A stretch of DNA of 64,000 nt from a virus (lineage: Duplodnaviria > Heunggongvirae > Uroviricota > Caudoviricetes): positions 95,270 to 159,269 of IMG/VR virus record IMGVR_UViG_3300033074_000580; one strand, given 5' to 3'. A program made the position numbers and the translations under genes. This document shows, piece after piece, positions 36,581 through 45,888 of the stretch. The notes below the pieces were generated by a model. The model was not told where the DNA came from, ran no database searches, and saw only the letters and a program-made list of their open reading frames with translations. The number at the start of each line of letters is the position of its first letter. Position 1 is the stretch's first letter.

Positions 36581-37554
36581 GATTCAATAACTTTAGTTAG
36601 GAAATCCAAAGTATAATCAAAATCCATATAGTTTGGTAACTTATTATCTAAATAAATTGGTTCTTTTATATACTTTTTATAAAGTTCCTCGTTGTTATCA
36701 ATTTCTTTCACCAGATTTAAAAATTCGTCTAAATTATCTTTATAATCGTGTAAATTTATAAAGCTATTTGGGTTAAAACCCTCAAATAAAATTTTGTCGT
36801 TACCGTAAAAAATTGGTATCGCACCACTAAAATATGCATGAAATATCTTCTCTTGTAAAATATATGGAGTGTCTGTAAAATGTATTGAAATATTGAATTT
36901 ATACTTTTGAAAAAATTCGATTTTTTCTCTGTAAGTTAATCCATCTATTCTACCCATATATAGATTATTATGCCATTGGTACTTGTTCAATCCACCGTCT
37001 TCATAGTTAATATTTTGTTTCCACGGACCTGAAGATTTTACAGTTTTATATTCACATAATTTATCAAACACTTTTTCTCTAAAATCATTATGTGATGCTT
37101 GTGTTATTGAACAAAATCCAACATTTCTATTTTTAATTTTATCGAAATTTCTTTCTTCGACCAACCAATTAAATGGTGAATCTGTTAACCTCGCCTCATC
37201 AAATAATGTCCAAACATCGAATATACCTGATGGTTGTCTCAAATATCTCGGGTGTTCAAAATTTTGATAACCGATTGACCAAGTGTTTTCATTATTTAAC
37301 ACTCCATGAAAATCGGCCTGTTCACCAGAAACATAAATGTATTTTTTATTTGAGTCGTATTGGATTGGTTTACATTTTAAAAATGTATCTTCATCGTCAT
37401 AAGAAAAATGTATGTTACTTCTTATGATAATATCAGGATTAACCGAGTCTACTATTACGTTATATTTTTTAGATAGGACAAAAATAAAAAATCTCATCCA
37501 ACTATGCATTCCATGATTGGGAAACCCAATTCTCGATATTTTAATTGTTTTCAT
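36577..37554 (-). CDS. GT10 alpha-1,3-fucosyltransferase-like
   Basis: YKFNIS...YILQEKIFHAYFSGAIPIFYG motif. Confidence 0.8.
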   Translation of the reverse strand: MKTIKISRIGFPNHGMHSWMRFFIFVLSKKYNVIVDSVNPDIIIRSNIHFSYDDEDTFLKCKPIQYDSNKKYIYVSGEQADFHGVLNNENTWSIGYQNFEHPRYLRQPSGIFDVWTLFDEARLTDSPFNWLVEERNFDKIKNRNVGFCSITQASHNDFREKVFDKLCEYKTVKSSGPWKQNINYEDGGLNKYQWHNNLYMGRIDGLTYREKIEFFQKYKFNISIHFTDTPYILQEKIFHAYFSGAIPIFYGNDKILFEGFNPNSFINLHDYKDNLDEFLNLVKEIDNNEELYKKYIKEPIYLDNKLPNYMDFDYTLDFLTKVIES

Positions 37555-38227
37555 ATAATAATTCTTTTTTTACTGCAACCATATCTTCACTATATGATTC
37601 GTTAACTTTACAATAATCAATAACAAAGTATCCCAAATCTTCTAACATCTTTTTTTGTTTATCGTTAGATGGGATAGTTAAATTTTCTCCCGTAGTTGTA
37701 ACTAATTGACCATCTTTACCATCTTGACATCTCCAAGAGCATGTTTCAAAAAACAATACCTTTGGATTAAGGTATTTTAAAAAATCGTTAATTATTAAAT
37801 GGTCAATTCCCTCGGCATCACAGAAAATATAATCTATTTCACCTATTTCATTTTCATCAATAAAGTCTTTAACTGTTACTGTGTCAACATTCACCCTTTC
37901 GATAATTCTATCCTCCACCGTGTTACCAAATGATGACCCTTGATTCAAATCATCATAAGATAATATATTCATAGTTTTGTAATCAACTAATGATTCGGGT
38001 AAAATTGCTTTATTAAAAAATTTTGAATTTACATAGTTACGTTTATTATCAATCAATAAATCAAAAGGTTTTTTTATGGGTTCAAAAAAATAACCAAAAT
38101 CATTTTCTTTAATTATATTATTCGCGTAATCATTTGTAACACCGTCATTTGCACCAATTTGAATAAAAGAAATTGTTTCTTTTAATATTCTTTCTCTGGT
38201 GTGTTTTAAAAATTCTAATGGTTTCAT
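37541..38227 (-). CDS. FkbM-family methyltransferase
   Basis: FIQIGANDG, FEP, CDAEGID. Confidence 0.8.
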   Translation of the reverse strand: MKPLEFLKHTRERILKETISFIQIGANDGVTNDYANNIIKENDFGYFFEPIKKPFDLLIDNKRNYVNSKFFNKAILPESLVDYKTMNILSYDDLNQGSSFGNTVEDRIIERVNVDTVTVKDFIDENEIGEIDYIFCDAEGIDHLIINDFLKYLNPKVLFFETCSWRCQDGKDGQLVTTTGENLTIPSNDKQKKMLEDLGYFVIDYCKVNESYSEDMVAVKKELLYENN

Positions 38228-38934
38228 TATTTAAAATATTCTAATAGTTTTATTGTGTTTTCCGTAAACCCACCATTATCATGTATGAATATTGGAGATT
38301 TATCAATAAACTGAACTTTATTATCGACAATAGTAAACTCGTCTTTAGCGTTAAATGTATTTAAAACCAATAGTTTTTTATAATCAATTTCAATATCACT
38401 ATTTTCACATAACAAATATTCAATTTGCCAATTACCTTGGTCACATAAGCCAAATTTACCCCTTTCAATAACATCTTTTAATTTTTTATGATAAAACTCA
38501 ACCTCGGTAATCATTGTACCGGCATTTAAAAATGTAAATCTACCCTTCTGTTTATTTTCATATAAATGACTATATTCTGTACCTGGCCATAAATTTGTTT
38601 CGGCACCAAACAACATTTTTGTATTGTATTCATTCAATATATCTTTGAAATTTTGAATTCCTCCAACATAACCAATATCTGTACCATCTAATAATAAAAG
38701 ATATTTGTACTTTCCTAAAATATGTTCCTCAACATATTTTAACATTTCGACAATTCTAAAAAGTGTAAATTTAAAATATAAAGATTCATTTTTCTTACCA
38801 TAATCCTCACTTTTAAAATAGATTCGATTAAAGTCAGAAGAATCAAAGTCCGCAAATAATTTTTTTTCGTATGTTGTAATTTGATTATCCGGATAATCAA
38901 AATAAACGGTTATAATGTGTAAATCTTTCATCAA
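38227..38934 (-). CDS. PLOD-type glycosyltransferase domain protein
   Basis: LLDGTD, LFGAETNLWP, FLNAG, CDQ. Confidence 0.7.
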   Translation of the reverse strand: MMKDLHIITVYFDYPDNQITTYEKKLFADFDSSDFNRIYFKSEDYGKKNESLYFKFTLFRIVEMLKYVEEHILGKYKYLLLLDGTDIGYVGGIQNFKDILNEYNTKMLFGAETNLWPGTEYSHLYENKQKGRFTFLNAGTMITEVEFYHKKLKDVIERGKFGLCDQGNWQIEYLLCENSDIEIDYKKLLVLNTFNAKDEFTIVDNKVQFIDKSPIFIHDNGGFTENTIKLLEYFK

Positions 38935-39866
38935 ATACCTAATAAGTTTAGTGTGTGTTTAACGTTGTTTCCTCTATTCAAATAAGTAGTATAATATTCT
39001 CTTGCATTTTTTGATATGAAATCTAAAAAATCTTTATCGTCTTTGACTTCTAAAAATCTATCCTCAATCATTTTCGCATGTTGAATGTTACCTAACCTAT
39101 CTTTTATCAAATCCTCAGGTCTATCAATTGATATGTAATGGAAATTAGGTATTAAATTTGGACTTAATTCAGAATTATATTGAAATCTTAAAAACGGTAT
39201 CCCCAACGCCATATATTCAATATCTCGATAACATAGTTCCCCCCTACCTGCAACCGATAAACCGATTTTATAATTTATCAAATCATTAAAATATGTTTGT
39301 GGACTACCGATTGGATTATAACCATTTAAATAATTTTGGTCAATATAAGTGACAATTGGTCTATCGGAAATTGAAGTTCCTCTAAAGTACATTTTATCAA
39401 TATATTCATTTAAACTTTTTCTCTTTTCATAATGTGATTCTAAATCATCTATAGTACATGGAAAATAAATCCATGGGCTATATCTTTCCATGTTCACTTC
39501 ACTAACATGTGATACAATTTCTTGTCGATTGAATTGTGATATTAGTACCTTTTTAAGTGATGGATTTGATTTCTCGTTTAAAGTGGCATGTGATAAATCA
39601 TCTGATACTGACATAATATAAAATTCACCAGTATCTTCAAATTCAATAACATACTCACACTCCATTAAAAGAAAATCACCATCAGAACAGGTTTGATTTT
39701 TTAAATTTACTTTGAATCTTTGTTGATTTGCCAATTCATAGTATCTATTTTCAATTACTTCATATTTTTTCTTTAACTCATCAGTTAAATCGTCCCAAAA
39801 CAAATTGTAATTCCTAAAATATCTAGTGTGTTCGTTACATGGATTGTGAACTATTATTTTTCTCAT
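38931..39866 (-). CDS. glycosyltransferase-like protein (GT-B/GT47/GT90-like)
   Basis: MYFRG, YKIGLSVAGRGELCYRDIEYMALG. Confidence 0.55.
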   Translation of the reverse strand: MRKIIVHNPCNEHTRYFRNYNLFWDDLTDELKKKYEVIENRYYELANQQRFKVNLKNQTCSDGDFLLMECEYVIEFEDTGEFYIMSVSDDLSHATLNEKSNPSLKKVLISQFNRQEIVSHVSEVNMERYSPWIYFPCTIDDLESHYEKRKSLNEYIDKMYFRGTSISDRPIVTYIDQNYLNGYNPIGSPQTYFNDLINYKIGLSVAGRGELCYRDIEYMALGIPFLRFQYNSELSPNLIPNFHYISIDRPEDLIKDRLGNIQHAKMIEDRFLEVKDDKDFLDFISKNAREYYTTYLNRGNNVKHTLNLLGI

Positions 39867-40476
39867 CTATTTTTTGTATTGTTTGTATTATTTTTTCGAA
39901 TGTTACATCATTTAGGGATTCTATTTTAATAATGTTTGCCCCACTTTTTTTCGCTGAAATCAAACCATTATACGAATCTTCAAGTATTAGTGTTTCTTCA
40001 GGTAAAACCCCAAAAAAACTCATAGAATTCCAATACATTTCAGGATGAGGTTTGGCGTTTTTTACATCCTCATTACTTAATATTAAATCAAAATATGGCA
40101 ATATTCCCAAATTTGATAACATAAACAAAACGGATTGTTTTATTGAATTTGAACAACAGGATAGTTTATACCCCATTTCTTTCAAATCGTTTAACATATT
40201 ACAATGTATTACGTTCTTTTCAATTTTTGATATTAAATCAAATGTTTTTGATTGTTTATTTTTCCATATTTCATCACAATATTCTAACGGTAAATTTTTA
40301 TGTTTAGATAAGAATTTTAACTTATCTGTTGTTTTTAATCCATTAAAATGTTCGTCTTCTGTTGGGATGAAATCAATTCCCGCAACCTCTTTTATTGATT
40401 CATTAAATGCTTGTGTATGCAAATCGACACTATCAACTAAAACACCATCTAAATCAAACGCAATTAACTTTATCAT
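39835..40476 (-). CDS. HAD-family phosphatase
   Basis: FDLDGVLVDS, KPHPEMY, EDS. Confidence 0.88.
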   Translation of the reverse strand: MIKLIAFDLDGVLVDSVDLHTQAFNESIKEVAGIDFIPTEDEHFNGLKTTDKLKFLSKHKNLPLEYCDEIWKNKQSKTFDLISKIEKNVIHCNMLNDLKEMGYKLSCCSNSIKQSVLFMLSNLGILPYFDLILSNEDVKNAKPHPEMYWNSMSFFGVLPEETLILEDSYNGLISAKKSGANIIKIESLNDVTFEKIIQTIQKIDEKNNSSQSM

Positions 40477-40916
40477 AAAAATTGTGTAATGTTATCGGAA
40501 CAAACCCCTAAACACTCATTCAATATATACTTGTCTAACCCATTTAATTCAGGCATAACACATATTGAATTTGCCGTTAATTTTTTCCCCGGATATACCC
40601 ATATAATATTATTTGATGTTAAGGTATAATCGTCATTTTGATGCCAAAAATAATGTAGATTGGTATTTTGAATCCATGGTAATAAATCAACATTTTTACA
40701 ATGAATCCATAGTTTATCAATACGTTCACCAAGCCATTTATCATCCACTTCATATTGTGGTTTATCGTGACCTAAATAAACCCTACCATCGGTCCACCAC
40801 ATATCAATTTCCACATCAAATCCGGCATTTATCGCCTCATCAATATATTCGGGATGATTTTCATTATTTAAAATTTTCCCATTTACATTACCTCTATGTG
40901 AAATTAACTTTTTCAT
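40473..40916 (-). CDS. GDPD/PLC-like phosphodiesterase
   Basis: LISHRGN, DVEID, WIHCKN. Confidence 0.7.
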   Translation of the reverse strand: MKKLISHRGNVNGKILNNENHPEYIDEAINAGFDVEIDMWWTDGRVYLGHDKPQYEVDDKWLGERIDKLWIHCKNVDLLPWIQNTNLHYFWHQNDDYTLTSNNIIWVYPGKKLTANSICVMPELNGLDKYILNECLGVCSDNITQFL

Positions 40917-42166
40917 TACAAATCCCCCGTTAATCTATTACACCACCCCTTAGAAGTACTATATGGCCAAACAACCCAATATTTTGGAGTTTTATCAACT
41001 TGGAATTCTCTCCAAATTTTGCAATAACCGTCTGGGTCGTTTTTTAAACCTCTAATTTCATTTGAATCGGCATCTTTTCTAAAGATAGTTTCATCTTTTT
41101 CATCATGAAATGCAACAACCCAAAATTCGTAATCATCTTCAGGAACTCTATCATATGTCACATCTATACAATGTTTAAAGACTTTCAAAAACGAATTATC
41201 AAATTCTTCACCATATAATGGAGGATTCGGAGCTAAATTGTTATCAATCGTATATTTTTGAACAGCTCTTTTTTTGAATGATAAACCCGAATATCTTTCA
41301 TAATCTTCTAATGTTCTAATTTTACCAAAATCATAAACACCAAAATCAATATCCTTTATTTCTCCATCCATTTCAAATAGCTTCCTATTTCTTTTATGAC
41401 ACGCAATGTTTCTTGAAACCCAAACAGGGTCATCATCCCATTGTTTTTTTCTACCTTTACGTGTATATTCGTGCCATACCACCACTTTGTGTGGATGGAA
41501 CAAGTCATAACCCCATGTGTAAGCTCTTACCGCAATTGATATTTCTTCTCCGTGAAAATAATATTCAGGGTCGTGAGGTACTTCAACAGCAAATTGACCC
41601 AATGTAAAACAGAAGTGTGCAGAATAAAATCTTGCAGGAATTGGTTCGGTTCTTTCTTGGTAATCATCAATTGTTGCGGGTAAAAAGAATACCGCACCTT
41701 CAGGAATGAATCTATCAAAATTCATTTTCCAAGGTTGTTGAATTCTACCTGCCGGGTCATTATCTGGGTCAAAAGAAGAAACATAACCCGTTAATAATGG
41801 TTTTTTATGACCTTTTTTTTGTAATTGTTTTATCATTTTTATACACTCATCATCCCAATTTTCCACAAATCTATGGTGAGAATCTAATTGAAGTGTATAC
41901 TCTTCTCCATTGTATTGTTGTTGTAATTTATTTCTCGCCCAACAAGCACCTTGTGAGTCTTTGTAGTTAATGTCAACAATTTTAAATCTACTATCATCTT
42001 TAAACTCATCTAAATTATCCCATTCATCAAATGATGCATGTTGCCATGCTATTGAAAACACTAAATTTTCAGGTTTCTTTGCTTTTTCGATGCAATCTTT
42101 AATTGTTGGAATTAGTTGTGGGTCCCTATAGGACGCAATTTGAATAAAAATCTTTCCGTTTCCCAT
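40916..42166 (-). CDS. GT60 (Skp1-type) GlcNAc transferase-like
   Basis: IFIQIASYRDP, GACWAR, LQLDSHHRF, FHGEEI. Confidence 0.85.
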   Translation of the reverse strand: MGNGKIFIQIASYRDPQLIPTIKDCIEKAKKPENLVFSIAWQHASFDEWDNLDEFKDDSRFKIVDINYKDSQGACWARNKLQQQYNGEEYTLQLDSHHRFVENWDDECIKMIKQLQKKGHKKPLLTGYVSSFDPDNDPAGRIQQPWKMNFDRFIPEGAVFFLPATIDDYQERTEPIPARFYSAHFCFTLGQFAVEVPHDPEYYFHGEEISIAVRAYTWGYDLFHPHKVVVWHEYTRKGRKKQWDDDPVWVSRNIACHKRNRKLFEMDGEIKDIDFGVYDFGKIRTLEDYERYSGLSFKKRAVQKYTIDNNLAPNPPLYGEEFDNSFLKVFKHCIDVTYDRVPEDDYEFWVVAFHDEKDETIFRKDADSNEIRGLKNDPDGYCKIWREFQVDKTPKYWVVWPYSTSKGWCNRLTGDL

Positions 42167-42273
42167 TTAATATAAAATTATAGTATAATATACTAAAAAA
42201 TACGGTAAATTTCAATTCTATATTTGTTTTAACGGTTTATTTTATCTATATTTAAACTATTAAATAAATTGAA

Positions 42274-42618
42274 ATGCAAAAAATATACCAACCAATTGTT
42301 ATTCAAGAAACCGAAAATCTAATAGAGGGATTAAAAGAATCTTTATTTTTTAAAGATTATGAAATTGAGGATTTAACCTATACTAGACAACATATATTGG
42401 ACTTAATGACCGAAAAATTTATTAACGGTGAATTAGATTCCGATATTGAAGAAATTTTTAGTGAAGAAGAGTTTGAAAAACTATTAAAAGAAATTGTTGC
42501 AGGTTCTTTATTGTATGAATTAAAACAAAAAGGGTTGGTAAATTCATATGAAGATGAAAATACTGAAGAAATGTTTTTTTTAACTGAAAAAGGTAAAAAT
42601 TACTTAAAAGGTAAGTAA
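42274..42618 (+). CDS. hypothetical protein (possible winged helix)
   Basis: C-terminal FFLTEKGK. Confidence 0.55.
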   Translation: MQKIYQPIVIQETENLIEGLKESLFFKDYEIEDLTYTRQHILDLMTEKFINGELDSDIEEIFSEEEFEKLLKEIVAGSLLYELKQKGLVNSYEDENTEEMFFLTEKGKNYLKGK

Positions 42619-42957
42619 TTATTTGATGTTTTTCTTCTCATCAACTTGTTGAGAGAATGAATTTTTCTTGTGTTGTTTCAACTTATCCTTTAATTGGGCA
42701 ATTAGTTTTTGAACTTCAAGTAAATTTGAAGATATTCCTGAAACTCTACCATTTGCAATTGTTTTTAATCCCGCAGGTATCGAATCTTCCATTTTTCTAA
42801 ATTCCCTAACGGTATCATTTAGAGAATTTTGTAATTCCTCAATTTTAAATTGAAGTCTATTATATTCTTCTCTTTTTACCTTAGATGTTTCCTCGTTTAA
42901 AAGTCTACCTAAAACCTCTTTTACTTTATTTTCGGTTAAAATCCCTTTTTCAGTCAT
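42619..42957 (-). CDS. coiled-coil hypothetical protein
   Basis: ILTE..LLNEE N-terminus. Confidence 0.6.
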   Translation of the reverse strand: MTEKGILTENKVKEVLGRLLNEETSKVKREEYNRLQFKIEELQNSLNDTVREFRKMEDSIPAGLKTIANGRVSGISSNLLEVQKLIAQLKDKLKQHKKNSFSQQVDEKKNIK

Positions 42958-42969
42958 AATTGATATTTT

Positions 42970-43230
42970 TTAATCCATATCTGGCTCAACCATAAATTCC
43001 TTATCCTCAGAACCACTAATTTCACCATCTCTTTTCATACCATCTTTAATGTAAGTTCTAATAAGTTTAGAAACGGACACTTTTTTATTTTTTGCAACCT
43101 TTTCAATTTCCTTATAGTATGCAGGAACGACTCTAAAAGTTAACATTTTTATAAATTGGGTATGTTTTGGTTTACTTTCACCATCCTTACCAAAGGACTC
43201 ATCAAAATTTTGTGTGTTCTCTATATTCAT
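42970..43230 (-). CDS. small ribbon-helix-helix-like protein
   Basis: MLTFRV..EIEKVA..VSVSKLIR; start moved to 43230. Confidence 0.55.
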   Translation of the reverse strand: MNIENTQNFDESFGKDGESKPKHTQFIKMLTFRVVPAYYKEIEKVAKNKKVSVSKLIRTYIKDGMKRDGEISGSEDKEFMVEPDMD

Positions 43231-43300
43231 GATAATATATTTCTTATAAATATTTTGTATTACAAATAAAAATCCGTATATTGAATAAAAAAATAAACAT

Positions 43301-43660
43301 ATGTCAGAAAATAGAGAACAACCCGTTGATGCGGTAAAAATGTGTGAGGAAAAATATCCTGAAACCACAAAAGAATTTAAAAAAATCCTTAAAGAACAGT
43401 ATGAAGTGTTTTGTAGGAAACAAATGAATTATGGACCAGATAATATATCGGTTGGAACACGTTTAGAGACTCCTGAAGAGGTTAAATTATCTCAAACGGG
43501 ACTTTGGTTCAGAATGAACGATAAGATTCAGAGATTGAAGCAATTGGTCCTTTTAGGTAAACCTGACACGGTTGGGGAAGCGGTAGAAGACACATATCAA
43601 GATTTATCTGTATATAACATTATTGCACAAATCGTAATTCGTGGTAAATGGGCTAAATAA
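43301..43660 (+). CDS. DUF1599 / nucleotide-modification-associated domain protein
   Basis: KQMNYG, RMNDKIQRL, EDTYQDLSVY. Confidence 0.75.
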   Translation: MSENREQPVDAVKMCEEKYPETTKEFKKILKEQYEVFCRKQMNYGPDNISVGTRLETPEEVKLSQTGLWFRMNDKIQRLKQLVLLGKPDTVGEAVEDTYQDLSVYNIIAQIVIRGKWAK

Positions 43661-43721
43661 ATGGCCCATTTTTTAAAAATTTATCCATTTATTGTCTATT
43701 TATAAAAAAACGAAATTGTTT

Positions 43722-44081
43722 ATGAAGGTAAACGTAAATCACCCATCTTTTATATCATTTTTAGAGTCGGTTACAGATAATATTTTATCTTCAGTATCGA
43801 TAAATAATTACTTTACATTACCTCATGATAAGAAAATGGGTGTTCTATACGTTGTTTTCAAGATGATGAAAAATTCAGTAAAATTACGTACAAGACTTAC
43901 CGATTTGGAGTTAAAAACATTCATTACGGTTTTGTGGAAGAAAAACGAGGAGTCTGAAAATTATGAATTTGCGGCAATTTTAAAGGATATTAGTAATAAT
44001 TTTGATGCGGTTAATGAATTTACCAAAACACCACCTAAAAAGACGAGAACAATAAAAACAGATAAGTCAAATAATGAGTAA
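43722..44081 (+). CDS. hypothetical protein (UVR-like ENYEFAA)
   Basis: ORF; TATTTATA upstream. Confidence 0.6.
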   Translation: MKVNVNHPSFISFLESVTDNILSSVSINNYFTLPHDKKMGVLYVVFKMMKNSVKLRTRLTDLELKTFITVLWKKNEESENYEFAAILKDISNNFDAVNEFTKTPPKKTRTIKTDKSNNE

Positions 44082-44469
44082 AAAGAGTATCAATATTGAC
44101 GTTAAAAAATTTTATGCCAATGAAACTATGAAATGGTGTAAAAAAACGTTTGGTACCAACGAAAGAAAAAGAACAAAACTCATTTTTGAATTTAGTCATA
44201 GACCAAGAACAATGAAAAAACATATTGTTTTTGGTAATTATTGTTTTTGGAGAAACAAAATAACTTTATATCTTCCTAATTGTGATACTATACATGATAT
44301 TGTTTCAACAATAATTCACGAATATACGCATTACCTACAATCAAGAACAAAATATTTGGATTATCAGGACCATTACTATTATTCAACTAATCCATACGAA
44401 AGGGAGGCAAAAAGAAATGAAGAAAAATACACAAAAACGTGTATCACATATATTAAATCATATCTTTAA
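44074..44469 (+). CDS. HExxH metallopeptidase-like protein
   Basis: IIHEYTHYLQ...NPYEREA. Confidence 0.65.
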   Translation: MSKKSINIDVKKFYANETMKWCKKTFGTNERKRTKLIFEFSHRPRTMKKHIVFGNYCFWRNKITLYLPNCDTIHDIVSTIIHEYTHYLQSRTKYLDYQDHYYYSTNPYEREAKRNEEKYTKTCITYIKSYL

Positions 44470-44662
44470 CGATTTTCGCCTCTTCTATTTCTCTTAAAAA
44501 TAATAAAGAGTCATCTTGTTGATTTTTGCTTCTCACAACCATATCACACATCCAAAAATCTTTTAAGTCACTAACTGAACCTTCTTTAACTTGGGAATGT
44601 TTTACTTTTCTGTAGACCCAGTATAATTTATCTTGATAATTTATTAGTTCTTTATTTAACAT
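44453..44662 (-). CDS. hypothetical protein
   Basis: ORF. Confidence 0.55.
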   Translation of the reverse strand: MLNKELINYQDKLYWVYRKVKHSQVKEGSVSDLKDFWMCDMVVRSKNQQDDSLLFLREIEEAKIVKDMI

Positions 44663-44671
44663 ATATTAAAT

Positions 44672-45271
44672 TTATTTGTGGTCTGAATCATCACATACCA
44701 TTTCTAATTCATCCCATTTGAATTTTGGTTTTTGATTTAAAAATACATAACATTTCCATTTTTTTTGTTTTTCAAAATAAATGTGTTTTTGCATATGTGT
44801 TGGAATTGCAGCATTTGTAGGTAATCTTTTCGCCGGTTTATCAAAAAATACTTTAATTAACACAGTTAAATCTTCAGAATCATCCCATTTTCTTTCTTGT
44901 TCTTCCAATAATCTCCATTCACCTCTGTTAAGATATTGGTCTTGTAAAATACAATTCAAGTATGAAAAAGTTTGTTTTAGATTTTCCATATTATCCGAAA
45001 ATGATGCTGCGGGTGCTCCGTGACCTTTATCGTATATGTTTTTTAAATAATCCGCACCATCTGACGTTTTTATTCCCTTTTCTGTATAGAAATCCATAGC
45101 ACCTCTATTAACATTAGTAGGTCTATTTGTTGAACGATATTTTATCCATAAAGGTTGTTCCAAATTTTGAGAATAAAGTACCTCAAATACGTTGTTTTTT
45201 ACTCTTATTGTGTCTTGAGAAAATGAACTTATTGATATGATAAGTCCAAATAATACTAAAAATTTTTTCAT
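44672..45271 (-). CDS. secreted DNA/RNA non-specific endonuclease (NucA/EndA type)
   Basis: Signal peptide; YDKGHGAPAA, LNRGEW..LE. Confidence 0.85.
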   Translation of the reverse strand: MKKFLVLFGLIISISSFSQDTIRVKNNVFEVLYSQNLEQPLWIKYRSTNRPTNVNRGAMDFYTEKGIKTSDGADYLKNIYDKGHGAPAASFSDNMENLKQTFSYLNCILQDQYLNRGEWRLLEEQERKWDDSEDLTVLIKVFFDKPAKRLPTNAAIPTHMQKHIYFEKQKKWKCYVFLNQKPKFKWDELEMVCDDSDHK

Positions 45272-45272
45272 A

Positions 45273-45818
45273 CTATAATTGTGTTATATACTTAAATATA
45301 TCCACAGCAGTATTAGTATTAACATCAAATTCAGCAAAGGGTATATTATTAACGAGAAGTGTTTGTCTAATATCCTCATCAATTTCTTGTGCTTCTTGTA
45401 AATCTTGTATCCTACCATTTGGGTCGTATGTTTCATTATTACGTTTTAATAGAATGTTTATGTTATCATATTGTTTAAATAAATTCCATAGAAATTTACT
45501 TAATCCCGTAACACCATAAAAAGATGCAGGATAATCGGTACCATATCTCTGTTCATAAAAACAACCAAGTATTATTGGTGAATCTACTATAATATAGTCA
45601 ACTTTACCATACAGTCGACTAATGTTTCTGTGTTGATTACCTGTTATAAAAAATTGGTCTTTTAATTGACTAATATTACCTTCCCACGCAACTTCTTTTG
45701 GGAATTCGTAAGTGTATTCAACACTCATATGATTACGTTTCATTTCGGTAAACAAACCCGAAGCTTGGGTGGATTTCCCAATACCAGGACCACCAAATAA
45801 GTTAATGATTTTTGACAT
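45273..45818 (-). CDS. NadR/AAA_28-like P-loop nucleotide kinase
   Basis: GGPGIGKST, EFPKE, IVDSPI, GRIQ. Confidence 0.75.
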   Translation of the reverse strand: MSKIINLFGGPGIGKSTQASGLFTEMKRNHMSVEYTYEFPKEVAWEGNISQLKDQFFITGNQHRNISRLYGKVDYIIVDSPIILGCFYEQRYGTDYPASFYGVTGLSKFLWNLFKQYDNINILLKRNNETYDPNGRIQDLQEAQEIDEDIRQTLLVNNIPFAEFDVNTNTAVDIFKYITQL

Positions 45819-45888
45819 ACTAAAATATAACAAAAAAGGAGTAGATTATCAAATCTACCCCTTTCTTTTTTAGTCAATTTTTATTCTA

